A stretch of 64,000 nucleotides of DNA, taken from positions 4,057 to 68,056 of the forward strand of contig DASPUI010000116.1 of the NCBI GenBank assembly GCA_035622995.1, written 5' to 3'. Shown here piece after piece: positions 6,841 through 17,294 of this stretch. Below the pieces are notes generated by a model. It was not told the DNA's origin, did not search any database, and saw nothing but the letters and a program-made list of their open reading frames with translations. A program made the translations under genes and the position numbers. Each line of letters starts with the position of its first letter. Within the stretch, counting starts at the first letter, position 1. The DNA is from Chthoniobacterales bacterium (GTDB lineage Bacteria > Verrucomicrobiota > Verrucomicrobiia > Chthoniobacterales > UBA10450).

Positions 6841-7611
6841 TCACAAACCGGCCAGGTCCCATTTCTTGATCGTTTCTTCGATCAATCGCGCGATTTTGGT
6901 GTTTACCCTGTCGAAAAACATTTTTGCCTTTACTGAATCGAAGTCGGGCAATCCTTCTCCCGGTTTATAGAGCATGATGCTCGAAGGAAATGGATAAGCG
7001 CTCCAGGTGTTCGGCGCCGGCATCGGGCTCGCCATATTCGGTTTGTAATCCTGTTCGCGAACCAGCGCCGGATCGGTGGCCATAATGTAGGCCGTTTCCG
7101 TATTGCCGGCGTGTCCCCCGTCTTCACCAAAAACCTCCTGCACGACATCGCTGCAATACGACCACCAGTTTACGGTCAGCATTCTCGTTCTTGTTTCGCG
7201 TCCGACTTCTTGCACGAGCGACGCGAGGATTGCCGTCTGCCCGCCACCGTGGCCATTCAGCAGGATGATGTTTTTAAAATTGTTTCTCGCCAGACCAACT
7301 AACACCGACCTCACATACGATCGAAAAATGTCTTCAGCGACGGTAAAGCAGCCGGGATAGGCATCCAACGCTCCGGTGAATCCATACGGAATTACTGGCG
7401 CGATCATTGCGTTTACTCGTGGCGCAATTTCCTTTGCCATTGCCACCGGAATAATGATGTCGGTTCCATTTGGAATAACGCCATGCGCTTCCAGGGTGCC
7501 GATCGGCAGGAGAACTGTATCGACTTTATCCGGGACCAGTTTGCGAAACTCCAACCAACTGATGCGCTCCATCTCGCGTGAACCCGGCACGGATGTTTTC
7601 GCTTGCTTCAT
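6841..7611 (-). CDS. Creatininase (creatinine amidohydrolase/MftE/ArfB) family protein
   Basis: 256 aa. LLPIGTLEAHG, ILLNGHGGGQ and EDGGHAGNTETA blocks are typical of the family. Confidence 0.85.
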   Translation of the reverse strand: MKQAKTSVPGSREMERISWLEFRKLVPDKVDTVLLPIGTLEAHGVIPNGTDIIIPVAMAKEIAPRVNAMIAPVIPYGFTGALDAYPGCFTVAEDIFRSYVRSVLVGLARNNFKNIILLNGHGGGQTAILASLVQEVGRETRTRMLTVNWWSYCSDVVQEVFGEDGGHAGNTETAYIMATDPALVREQDYKPNMASPMPAPNTWSAYPFPSSIMLYKPGEGLPDFDSVKAKMFFDRVNTKIARLIEETIKKWDLAGL

Positions 7612-7641
7612 TTCGATCGCCGCCGCCGGCAGACGCGGAGG

Positions 7642-9009
7642 TTATTTTTTCTTCGGCTCTACCTTTCGATAAAGCGTCGCCATGCTGATGCCGAGCATGC
7701 TGGCCGCCTTTTCGCGCGAGCCGCCGCAATGCGCCAGCGTCGCTTCAATGTAATTGCGCTCTTGATGCTGCACAAAATCATCGAGCGTCTGTCCGACCGG
7801 CATCGACGCGATTTCTTTCTCCGTCTTTTCGCCTTTAGCGTGTTCGATAATGTGTGGCGGCAGGTCGGCTGGCAAAATCGTGTCTTCTTCGCAAAGGGCG
7901 CAGGCGCGTTCAATTGCGTTCTCCAGCTCGCGCACATTGCCGGGATAATCGTAGTTGCACAAAATTTCGACCGCTTTCGGGTCGATCTTCTTCGGCTCGC
8001 CCCCACTCGAGCTGGCTTGCTTTTGCAAAAAATGATTCACCAAAAGCGGAACATCCTCCAACCGCTCGCGCAGCGCCGGGATTTCAATCGGAATAACGGC
8101 CAGGCGGTAATACAGATCTTCGCGGAATGTTCCGTCTTTGAGCTTCGGTTGGAGCGGTTCGTTCGTTGCGCCAACTACTCGGACATTCACCGGCGAACTC
8201 TTGTTGTCGCCGACGCGACGGACTTCGCGCTCCTGTAATACGCGTAGCAATTTGGTTTGGAGGGGTGGTGCCATCGAGTTTACTTCATCGAGAAAAATCG
8301 TGCCGAGGTTCGCTTCCTCGAACAATCCGCGCTTGTCTGCGACCGCGCCGGTGAACGAGCCTTTTTTGTGACCGAATAGCTCCGATTCCAGCAGGTTCTC
8401 CGGCAACGCGCTGCAATTGATCGCCACGAACGGATGATGCTGGCGGTTCGAATTGAAATGAAGCCCGCGCGCAACCAATTCCTTACCGGTGCCGCTTTCG
8501 CCAACGATTAGTACCGTGCTGTCGGTATCGGCGACTTTGCCGATCAGATTGTAGACGTGCTGCATTTTCGCGCTCGTCCCGATGATGTTTTCGAACTTAT
8601 AGCGGTTCTTTAATTCCTTCCGCAGATAAACGTTCTCCCGCACCGCTGCCTGATAATCGAGGGCGCGTTGAACGGTCAGCTGCAACTCGTCGATCTTGAA
8701 CGGCTTCTTGATGTAATCATACGCGCCCATCCTCATGGCCTGGACCGCGGTTTCTTCTGTTCCATAGGCGGTGATCAAAATGACCGCCGCTTGACGATGA
8801 TGCTCCCGAATGTGGCGAAGCACGTCGAAGCCGCTCATCGTCTCCATCTTGATGTCGGCGATTACAACCTGCGGTTCGATGCTGTCGAGCTGCTCAACCG
8901 CTTTCGGCGCGGCATTAAACGGGAAAACCTGATGGCCCTTTTCCCGACACAGGGTCACGATGACTTCCACCATCGCGGGTTCGTCATCAATAATTACGAT
9001 TTTGGCCAT
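7642..9009 (-). CDS. Sigma-54-dependent response regulator (NtrC/Fis family enhancer-binding protein)
   Basis: 455 aa. It has a REC domain (IVIIDDEP..., VVIADIKM), an AAA+ sigma-54 interaction domain (Walker A GESGTGKE; GSFTGA variant of the GAFTGA loop) and a C-terminal Fis-type HTH (AASMLGISMATLYRK). No adjacent histidine kinase is present. Confidence 0.95.
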   Translation of the reverse strand: MAKIVIIDDEPAMVEVIVTLCREKGHQVFPFNAAPKAVEQLDSIEPQVVIADIKMETMSGFDVLRHIREHHRQAAVILITAYGTEETAVQAMRMGAYDYIKKPFKIDELQLTVQRALDYQAAVRENVYLRKELKNRYKFENIIGTSAKMQHVYNLIGKVADTDSTVLIVGESGTGKELVARGLHFNSNRQHHPFVAINCSALPENLLESELFGHKKGSFTGAVADKRGLFEEANLGTIFLDEVNSMAPPLQTKLLRVLQEREVRRVGDNKSSPVNVRVVGATNEPLQPKLKDGTFREDLYYRLAVIPIEIPALRERLEDVPLLVNHFLQKQASSSGGEPKKIDPKAVEILCNYDYPGNVRELENAIERACALCEEDTILPADLPPHIIEHAKGEKTEKEIASMPVGQTLDDFVQHQERNYIEATLAHCGGSREKAASMLGISMATLYRKVEPKKK

Positions 9010-9076
9010 GGCAAATCTCAGCGCGGAGAATATTTCAGTTTTGAGAAAAAGAAAGCGGTTTTGAGAATTTGAGCGG

Positions 9077-10330
9077 TTAGGCCATTTCCTGAACCGAGCC
9101 GCAAATCATCGACCAATTCAGCGGCTGATCAAATGCCACGATTTCCTCGAAGACGCGAGTCGAATCCGAACACGGGATGGCGACTAAGTCCGCGCGAAAT
9201 CCCGGTTCAATTCTGCCAAGCACACTTTGTTGATTAAGGGCTTGCGCCGCGTTCGTCGTTACCATCGCCAGAATTTCAGACGGCGGGCTGGCTGGGAAAT
9301 GCGTCTGGAATGCGCGCATCTCGGCGAACAAACTCAAATCTACATTGCTCGCGAGACTGTCGGTTCCGAGGCAAATGTTGCAGCCGAGCTTTCGCACTTT
9401 CTCGAACTGAAAAGGTGAATGGGCGAAATAATCGTGACTGCGCGGACAATAAGCGATCGAAAATTTCGCTGGCAATCGAGCGATTATTTCGAGGTCGCTT
9501 TCGGCGAACTCGTTCAGGTGAACGAGGATCCAGCCAAGTATGGGCTCGTTTCCCAAGCGTCCGACCAATTCTCCCAGCGGCGTTTTGGCGCCGCAATCGC
9601 TCATGTCTCGCCCGATCTCCTTCAAAAAATCGTAAAGCGGTCCCTCCGCATCGCGAAACATCAGCATTTCCTCGCGCGACTCGGCGAGGTGCGTTGTAAG
9701 TAAAGTATTTTCGCGCTTCGCAATTTCCTGGCATCGTCGGTACAAATTTTTCGACGAAGTGAAGGGCGCGTGCGGCGCCAGGCCCCAATGCTTCTGCGAT
9801 TTTAATCGTGCAACCGCAGAATCGACGATTTCGCTCGCCCGCCTCGGATTCCGCACGTCGATCAATTCGGCGAACCACCACGTTCGAATCGGCGCAGAAA
9901 TCTGGTCGATCAATTCCGGAAACGCGGTCAGGTTCACGATCGTTGTTGTCCCAAATCGTTTCGCTTCGGCAAATCCTTCGTTGATCGAAGCGACGTAGTC
10001 GTCCGCCGAGAGTTTTGATTTCTCGGCGTTGATCGCGCGAATCCAATCGGTAAACGATTTCAGCCGCGGAATTTTGCCGCGTAAACAGGTGTAATCGAGG
10101 TGGCAGTGCGCATTGATCAGCCCAGGCAAAACCGCTTGCTCGCCAAGATCGATGATTTCTGCAGCAGAGTGTCGCTTCGAAATTTCCGAGAATTTTCCGA
10201 CATCGGTGATCTTGTCTCCCAAGACTGCGACGGCCGCATTTTCAATCGCAGGACCGGCCATCGTGACGACAACGCGTCCGCGAACAATCATCTCTGTCGA
10301 TTTTTGGGGACGTCTCCTTTCGTGTGCCAT
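9077..10330 (-). CDS. Amidohydrolase, ATZ/TRZ/MtaD-like (nucleoside or base deaminase-like)
   Basis: LPGLINAHCHLDY (HxH metal site), TTHLAESREE, ILVHLN and GTDSLASN blocks are present. The longest ORF (to 10414) overlaps the upstream gene by 85 nt. The ATG at 10330 gives a TGATG 1-nt overlap with the upstream stop and was chosen. Confidence 0.8.
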   Translation of the reverse strand: MAHERRRPQKSTEMIVRGRVVVTMAGPAIENAAVAVLGDKITDVGKFSEISKRHSAAEIIDLGEQAVLPGLINAHCHLDYTCLRGKIPRLKSFTDWIRAINAEKSKLSADDYVASINEGFAEAKRFGTTTIVNLTAFPELIDQISAPIRTWWFAELIDVRNPRRASEIVDSAVARLKSQKHWGLAPHAPFTSSKNLYRRCQEIAKRENTLLTTHLAESREEMLMFRDAEGPLYDFLKEIGRDMSDCGAKTPLGELVGRLGNEPILGWILVHLNEFAESDLEIIARLPAKFSIAYCPRSHDYFAHSPFQFEKVRKLGCNICLGTDSLASNVDLSLFAEMRAFQTHFPASPPSEILAMVTTNAAQALNQQSVLGRIEPGFRADLVAIPCSDSTRVFEEIVAFDQPLNWSMICGSVQEMA

Positions 10331-10995
10331 CACTCTGGCGCCGATGGCGCAGCGGTCTCCGTTTTCACGGCTTTGCGGCATTCGTTCACGAGCAAATTGC
10401 ACGCTTCCTGGCACAGCAACGGAATCGACCGCTCCTTCCGACCCGTTTGATCATGCGCCGGATCGAATTTCTCCGGCGGCAATTTTTTTGAAGCAGTCGC
10501 GCCGGCGGAATCACGTCTCCACAAAATCGTCCGTAAACAACCGCCGTCGGAACGGCAAAAATTTCCAACGACATTATCGATTTGCTCGTCGGATATCTTG
10601 GCGGCGACGCGATACATTCCGGACTGCCGATTCAGGCTCTCCCGCAGGGGCGTAGTGGTCAGGCGGTTTTCCTGCCATGTCGCCAGAGCGGCCAATCTGC
10701 CGGGATAAAAATAATCAAGCGCACTGGCAAGTCTGGCAAGATCCGGCAATTCCATGCGCCAGCCGCGCCGTAAATTGGGCGCCGTTTTGAGCGGACGAAA
10801 ATTTCCGGCATCGTCGAACGTTACGAGTCGAGTCGCTTCTGCCGGATGTTCAATCGTTGCCAGTCCGGCTTTGGCGATATCGTCGCGGTGAGTAAGCACG
10901 AAGCGGTTACCGGCTGTGATGATCGCAATTTCACCGATTCGATTCGCGCCATTGCAAATGACAGCAGCGAGAGCCTGCTCGATCGCTGCCGACAT
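10330..10995 (-). CDS. CbiX-associated Cys-rich protein (DR2241-like, putative Fe-S cluster protein)
   Basis: 221 aa. C-terminal Cys spacing is NFCRSDGGC ... LLCQEACNLLVNEC. The gene lies in the same operon-like string as cbiX. The family assignment is from memory of the DR2241 architecture and was not verified. Confidence 0.5.
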   Translation of the reverse strand: MSAAIEQALAAVICNGANRIGEIAIITAGNRFVLTHRDDIAKAGLATIEHPAEATRLVTFDDAGNFRPLKTAPNLRRGWRMELPDLARLASALDYFYPGRLAALATWQENRLTTTPLRESLNRQSGMYRVAAKISDEQIDNVVGNFCRSDGGCLRTILWRRDSAGATASKKLPPEKFDPAHDQTGRKERSIPLLCQEACNLLVNECRKAVKTETAAPSAPE

Positions 10996-11007
10996 GCGTT
11001 AGGCGAT

Positions 11008-11517
11008 TTAGGTGAGGCAATGCGCGATGAGTCCGCTGGCCCGTTCGAGGAACTGGCGATCTTCGTCGCCGAATGCATTGAGCTTTTCACTTTCGGCATC
11101 GAGCATTCCCACGATGTGACGGTGGCCATTGGTCATCGGAACGATAATTTCGGAGCGGGTGGTGTGAAATGTGGGCAGATAACGCGAATCCTTGTGCACG
11201 TCACCGACCACGATCGGCGTGCCCGACTCGAGCGCAGCGCCGCACAGTCCCTGGGTGATGGGAAATCGGGCATACGTTGGCGGCTCGTCGCCCGTGCCAG
11301 CTAAAATCACGAATTCCTTCTTCAGCACCTTGTAAATGCCGACCCATCGATAATTCCGGGCCGCCCGGATCATCTCGGCGACATCTTTCAATCGTTTGGG
11401 CGCGCAGCCGCCGGCCAGAACAAACGCGCCGATCTCTTGCAAGGTCTTGCACGTCTCGGTTTTCATGCGGGAAATCAATGTGGTGTAAAAAGCTGAAAAC
11501 GCGAGCGCGAATGTCAA
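11008..11517 (-). CDS. GAF domain protein (free methionine-R-sulfoxide reductase-like)
   Basis: 169 aa. WVGIYKV..., ITQGLCGAALESGTPIVVGDVHKDSRYL and SEIIVPM...IGMLDAESEKLNAF blocks are typical of the fRMsr/YebR-type GAF family. A 4-nt overlap joins it to the cbiX stop. Confidence 0.75.
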   Translation of the reverse strand: MTFALAFSAFYTTLISRMKTETCKTLQEIGAFVLAGGCAPKRLKDVAEMIRAARNYRWVGIYKVLKKEFVILAGTGDEPPTYARFPITQGLCGAALESGTPIVVGDVHKDSRYLPTFHTTRSEIIVPMTNGHRHIVGMLDAESEKLNAFGDEDRQFLERASGLIAHCLT

Positions 11518-12338
11518 CTGCCGAAATTCAACGTTTGGGCTACGATAATTTCTGCGATACGCGGATCGCTGCCAATGGCCGGGGCATAAAAAAGAGAACG
11601 GCCCGCGATTTTATATGGATTGCCGCGGAAAACTTCGCCGGGCACTACTGACCGCTTCGCCGTCGAACCCTTCGCAGCAATTCCGAGCAAGACCGGAATG
11701 TCTTCGTAACTGTGGAGGCCGTCTGAAATAAAAAACGGCACCACCACCACGTTTGGAGTGGTCGTCAATTTGCGCCAGTCTGCGACCAGTGGCGGTTCTT
11801 CCATGTAAACGTTCAAGACTGCCGCGTAACGATTTAGCGCGCGAATCTTTTCGGCTTCCCGCTTGGCCGCTGCCGCACTTTTTTCGTTCAAATCGGTGCC
11901 ATGCGCGACAATCAGCAGGCTTGTTTGCGCCGGATCGACGTCGGGCGCTGTTTCGCGGGCGCGATGCAGCAACAGTTCGGTCATCATCGGATGATTGCCG
12001 ACCGGTTCACAGTATTTCCAGTTTTGGCCGCTTTCTCGAGTTGTTGTTCGATCGTTCAGTTCCAGCTCGCGTGGAATCACGGTTTCGGTGAAATAGCCTT
12101 CGCTGATAAAATTCGGAACGACGTAAACTTCACGGATCGTTCTCGGATCGAACAGGAAAACGGCGTCGCGCAAACTCGGCTCTTCCTTCCAAAACGCGCA
12201 TTCCACTGCGCCAAAAAGATTGCGTTGCCGAATTTCTTTGGCATGCGCGCGCGACGGAACGCTCGAGTCCGGATTGACCGTCGAACCATGTCCGACGATC
12301 AAGAGCGCACATTCGACGTTCATCGGGAGGACTTTCAT
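11514..12338 (-). CDS. cbiX: Sirohydrochlorin chelatase, two-domain CbiX type
   Basis: There are two CbiX repeats (LLIVGHGSTVNPDS... and LLIVAHGTDLNEKS...; VVVPFFISDG). The longest ORF starts at TTG 12407. ATG 12338 (or 12323) is preferred. Confidence 0.8.
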   Translation of the reverse strand: MKVLPMNVECALLIVGHGSTVNPDSSVPSRAHAKEIRQRNLFGAVECAFWKEEPSLRDAVFLFDPRTIREVYVVPNFISEGYFTETVIPRELELNDRTTTRESGQNWKYCEPVGNHPMMTELLLHRARETAPDVDPAQTSLLIVAHGTDLNEKSAAAAKREAEKIRALNRYAAVLNVYMEEPPLVADWRKLTTTPNVVVVPFFISDGLHSYEDIPVLLGIAAKGSTAKRSVVPGEVFRGNPYKIAGRSLFYAPAIGSDPRIAEIIVAQTLNFGS

Positions 12339-12416
12339 CGCGGGCGGGACAACTTCCAACGCCGAAATTTCTGAATAAATCTGGACGCGGAAAAGCTTCG
12401 GAAGCAAAAGTGAAGA

Positions 12417-12779
12417 ATGAGATGGATTTCCCGTTTGTTCTTAATGTTTGCTCTTGCGGCGTGCGCCAGTTGTGCACAGCCGATCAAGCCCGGGCCGATG
12501 GAAAGGTCGGCTGTGTCGGGTTCGCGTTTTGACGCTATCGGAAACGTGACGTTGCATCCCGGGCAGCCGTGCGCATCGCAGATCATGTTCGATTTTCGTC
12601 GAGGGAGATCCGCGCCGATAGTGTGGCTGGCCGCTCCGATGCGCGAGTCGACAATTTTAACGAATGCGGCAAATCACCGGATCCGCGTGCACATTGTTGG
12701 CAAATGGCGGCGCGGAAAAGCGTCCGGTTGCAATTACGTCGAAGCAACACAAGTCGAAGTCCAGAAATCCGCCTGGTAA
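12417..12779 (+). CDS. Hypothetical lipoprotein
   Basis: 120 aa. It has a signal peptide with a lipobox-like MFALAAC. No family was recognised. Confidence 0.45.
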   Translation: MRWISRLFLMFALAACASCAQPIKPGPMERSAVSGSRFDAIGNVTLHPGQPCASQIMFDFRRGRSAPIVWLAAPMRESTILTNAANHRIRVHIVGKWRRGKASGCNYVEATQVEVQKSAW

Positions 12780-12816
12780 ACGATCGCGCGTGTCCGATCA
12801 AAAGCACGGCACGTGA

Positions 12817-13551
12817 TTGGAGGTAAATATGGAATGGCTCGTTAACCCCGAAATCTGGATTGGCCTCCTTACGTTGACCGCGCTGGAGATCGTTCTCGGC
12901 ATCGACAACGTCATTTTTATTTCCATCGTCGCCGGCAAATTGGCGTCCGCGCAGCAGGACCGCGCGCGTCGGACTGGGTTGGCCCTCGCCGCAATCACCC
13001 GAATCCTGCTGCTGCTGTCGCTAACCTGGGTGATGGGATTGACCCAACCGCTATTCTCGATGTTCAGATTCGATATTACCGGAAGGGAGCTGATTCTAAT
13101 CGCCGGCGGTTTGTTCTTGATCGCAAAAAGCACGCGCGAGATTCATTTGCGACTTGAGGAAGAGGACAAACATGCGGTAGCGCGTGCCCGGGCATCATTT
13201 GCTGGCGTGCTGGTGCAAATTCTTCTACTCGATATCGTTTTCTCGCTCGACTCCGTGATTACCGCTGTCGGCATGGTCGATCACATCGCCGTGATGGTGG
13301 CGGCGGTAATGCTCGCGGTCGCAGTCATGATGTTCTTTGCCGGAGTCATTAGCCGGTTCGTTGACCGCCATCCGACGATTAAGATGCTGGCGTTGAGTTT
13401 TCTCTTGCTTATTGGCGTTAACCTGATTGGCGACGGCCTCGGATTTCACATTCCGAAGGGCTACACCTACTTTGCGATGGGCTTCGCCGTTTTCGTCGAA
13501 ATGCTGAACCTGAGAATCAGGAAGCCAACCATCCGAGCGTCGCCAGCCTAG
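12817..13551 (+). CDS. TerC family integral membrane protein
   Basis: 244 aa. [16 protein letters not shown] and [16 protein letters not shown] are the duplicated TerC motifs. A GGAGG RBS lies 7 nt upstream. Confidence 0.9.
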   Translation: MEVNMEWLVNPEIWIGLLTLTALEIVLGIDNVIFISIVAGKLASAQQDRARRTGLALAAITRILLLLSLTWVMGLTQPLFSMFRFDITGRELILIAGGLFLIAKSTREIHLRLEEEDKHAVARARASFAGVLVQILLLDIVFSLDSVITAVGMVDHIAVMVAAVMLAVAVMMFFAGVISRFVDRHPTIKMLALSFLLLIGVNLIGDGLGFHIPKGYTYFAMGFAVFVEMLNLRIRKPTIRASPA

Positions 13552-14981
13552 TAGCGGTAGTGCTCGGACTTGAATGGGCCGTCGATTGGCACGCCGATGT
13601 AATCGGCTTGAGCCTTCGTCAGGCGAGTGAGGCGGACACCGATCTTTTCCAGGTGCAGCCGCGCCACTTCTTCGTCGAGTTTTTTCGGCAGAACGTAAAC
13701 GCCGGCCTTGTAATTTTCTCGATTTTTCCAAAGCTCCAATTGAGCGAGGATCTGATTCGAAAATGAATTCGACATGACGAAGCTCGGATGGCCGGTGGCA
13801 TTGCCGAGATTGAACAAACGCCCTTCCGACAACAGAAAGATTTCGTGGCCGTCGACGAAGGTGTACTTATCGACCTGCGGTTTGATGTTCGTCCGTTTCA
13901 CGTCTTTCGCCGAATTCAGCGCATCGACCTGAATCTCGTTGTCGAAATGGCCGATGTTCGCGACCACTGCCTGGTCCTTCATTTTGTTCATGTGGGCGAA
14001 CGTGATGATGTCGGTGTTGCCGGTTGCACTGATGTAAATATCCGCGCGACCGAGCGTGTTTTCGATCGTCGTGACTTCGTAACCTTCCATCGCGGCCTGC
14101 AACGCATTGATCGGGTCGATCTCGGTAATGATGACGCGCGCTCCCTGGCCACGAAGCGACTGTGCGCAACCTTTGCCGACATCGCCGTAACCACAGATGA
14201 CGGCAACTTTTCCGGCAATCATTACGTCAAGCGCGCGATTCAATCCATCGATCAGCGAATGCCGGCAACCGTAGAGATTGTCGAATTTCGATTTCGTCAC
14301 TGAATCGTTCACATTGATCGCTGGAACGAGCAGCTTGTTTTCCTGCTGCATCTTGTAGAGACGATGCACGCCGGTCGTTGTTTCCTCGGAAACGCCGCGC
14401 CAGTCCTTCACGATTTCGTGCCACCGATAGGGATCTTCGCACTGGACCTCGAGCAGGAGATCCTTGATCACCTGTTCTTCTTTATTCGCCGATTTCGATT
14501 TCGCCCAATCGCTCCCTTCTTCCAGTTCGTAGCCTTTGTGGACGAGCAAAGTCGCGTCGCCGCCATCATCGACAATGAGCTGCGGTCCTTTTCCGCCCGG
14601 GTGAGAAATCGCCTGGTAAGTGCACCACCAATAATCCTCGAGCGATTCGCCTTTCCAAGCGAAAACGGGAGTTCCCGATTTTGCGATCGCCGCTGCAGCG
14701 TGGTCCTGAGTTGAGAAAATGTTGCACGATGCCCAGCGCACGCTCGCGCCGAGATCACGCAGCGTTTCAATCAGCACGGCTGTCTGGATCGTCATGTGGA
14801 GCGAACCGGTAATTCGCGCGCCGGCGAGCGGCTTCTGCGGCGCGTATTTTTCGCGGATCGCCATTAATCCGGGCATTTCCTTTTCGGCGATTGAAATCTC
14901 TTTCCGTCCAAACTCGGCCAGTGAAATATCCGCGACTTTAAAATCCTGTTTCGCTTTTCTTTCGGTGGTTGTGGTGCTCAT
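13548..14981 (-). CDS. ahcY: Adenosylhomocysteinase
   Basis: 477 aa with full-length similarity to SAH hydrolases ([33 protein letters not shown]). Confidence 0.97.
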   Translation of the reverse strand: MSTTTTERKAKQDFKVADISLAEFGRKEISIAEKEMPGLMAIREKYAPQKPLAGARITGSLHMTIQTAVLIETLRDLGASVRWASCNIFSTQDHAAAAIAKSGTPVFAWKGESLEDYWWCTYQAISHPGGKGPQLIVDDGGDATLLVHKGYELEEGSDWAKSKSANKEEQVIKDLLLEVQCEDPYRWHEIVKDWRGVSEETTTGVHRLYKMQQENKLLVPAINVNDSVTKSKFDNLYGCRHSLIDGLNRALDVMIAGKVAVICGYGDVGKGCAQSLRGQGARVIITEIDPINALQAAMEGYEVTTIENTLGRADIYISATGNTDIITFAHMNKMKDQAVVANIGHFDNEIQVDALNSAKDVKRTNIKPQVDKYTFVDGHEIFLLSEGRLFNLGNATGHPSFVMSNSFSNQILAQLELWKNRENYKAGVYVLPKKLDEEVARLHLEKIGVRLTRLTKAQADYIGVPIDGPFKSEHYRY

Positions 14982-14984
14982 AAA

Positions 14985-16187
<1,203 letters not shown>

Positions 16188-16260
16188 CGGGATTAAAATT
16201 AGAATAATGACGTTAACGAACAGCCAACATATTGACCGATCATGATATGTCGATATATCG

Positions 16261-17208
16261 TTGTCGATCGTGCCCACGTCAACGATAAACTTGCTTCGTC
16301 TTTTGGCCGACCCGACCCGTTTGCGATTGCTGCTGTTGCTCGATCAGGAAGAACTTTCGGTGGCTGAATTGCAGGATATTCTCGGCATGGGCCAGTCGCG
16401 CATCTCCAGTCACCTGGCACAATTGAAGCGAGCCGGCGTGGTCGAAGACCGGCGGGCCGGGAAGAACGTATATTACGGGCCGGCGAAAACCGCCGGACGC
16501 AACGGCGCGCAGAATCGCGTGCACCAGGTAATGCGGACCCTGGCGCGCGAGATTCCTGAAACGGGTCGCGATCGAACGGCGCTGAGGTTAACGTTGCGCA
16601 AGCGTCACGACAAAGCGCGAGAATACTTCGATCAACTCGCCGGAAAATTTGGCCGAAGTTATGTGCCGGGTCGCTCCTGGAAAGCGCTGGCTCATGCGCT
16701 GATTACACTCTTGCCCCCGCAAGTCATTGTCGATCTTGGCGCGGGCGAAGGAACGCTTTCGCAGTTGCTGGCGCCGCGCGCGCGCAAGGTCATTGCAATC
16801 GATAATTCCCCGAAAATGGTCGCGTTTGGTTCGAAGCTGGCAAAGCAACATGGTTTCAAGAATCTGGAATATCGCTTGGGCGACATCGAAGATCCGCCGG
16901 TTCAAAAGAACAGCGCCGATCTCGCGATCCTGAGTCAGGCGCTTCACCACGCGATAAAGCCTGAGCGGGCCATCGGATCGGTTCGCCGAATCTTAAAAAA
17001 GGGCGGGCATCTGATCATTCTCGATCTGCTAAGCCACCGTTTCGAAAAAGCGCGTGAACTTTATGCCGATCGCTGGCTCGGGTTCAGCGAAGTGCAACTG
17101 CTCCGTTTGCTTGAACATGCTGGCTTTCGCGAGGTGGACGTTCGGGTCGTTTCGCGGGAAACGCGTAGTCCGCATTTCCAAACCGTTCTCGCAACCGCGA
17201 TTAAATAG
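16261..17208 (+). CDS. sahR: ArsR-family HTH fused to a SAM-dependent methyltransferase-like domain (SahR-type regulator of the SAM cycle)
   Basis: The N-terminal ArsR wHTH reads [49 protein letters not shown]. The C-terminal class I MTase fold reads [16 protein letters not shown]...VIAIDNS. The start is TTG. The gene is divergent from metK-ahcY. Confidence 0.8.
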   Translation: MSIVPTSTINLLRLLADPTRLRLLLLLDQEELSVAELQDILGMGQSRISSHLAQLKRAGVVEDRRAGKNVYYGPAKTAGRNGAQNRVHQVMRTLAREIPETGRDRTALRLTLRKRHDKAREYFDQLAGKFGRSYVPGRSWKALAHALITLLPPQVIVDLGAGEGTLSQLLAPRARKVIAIDNSPKMVAFGSKLAKQHGFKNLEYRLGDIEDPPVQKNSADLAILSQALHHAIKPERAIGSVRRILKKGGHLIILDLLSHRFEKARELYADRWLGFSEVQLLRLLEHAGFREVDVRVVSRETRSPHFQTVLATAIK

Positions 17209-17294
17209 TTCGGCGGTCGTGCCCAACAGGGCCGGGTTATTTCGGCTCGACCATCGGTTTTGGATTAGAGACTATTGGTTAGGCGAACCGGCCC

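Noticed and set aside
12339-12416. A sigma-54 promoter upstream of cbiX (minus-strand TGGAAGT-TGTC-CCGC).
   Set aside because: GG and GC spacing is correct, but the -12 element is poor (CCGC versus TTGC). The site would lie only about 6-20 nt from the candidate start codons. This is not convincing.
12650-12816. A possible yybP-ykoY (Mn) riboswitch upstream of the TerC-family gene.
   Set aside because: I found no GGGGAGUAG-type conserved core or matching helices. The region is occupied by a plausible lipoprotein ORF, leaving only 37 nt of spacer with a normal GGAGG RBS.
16188-16260. A SAM or SAH riboswitch in front of metK.
   Set aside because: The divergent intergenic region is only 73 nt, AT-rich, and dominated by DNA palindromes rather than RNA helices. 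It is too short for the known SAM-I, SAM-II or SAH elements.
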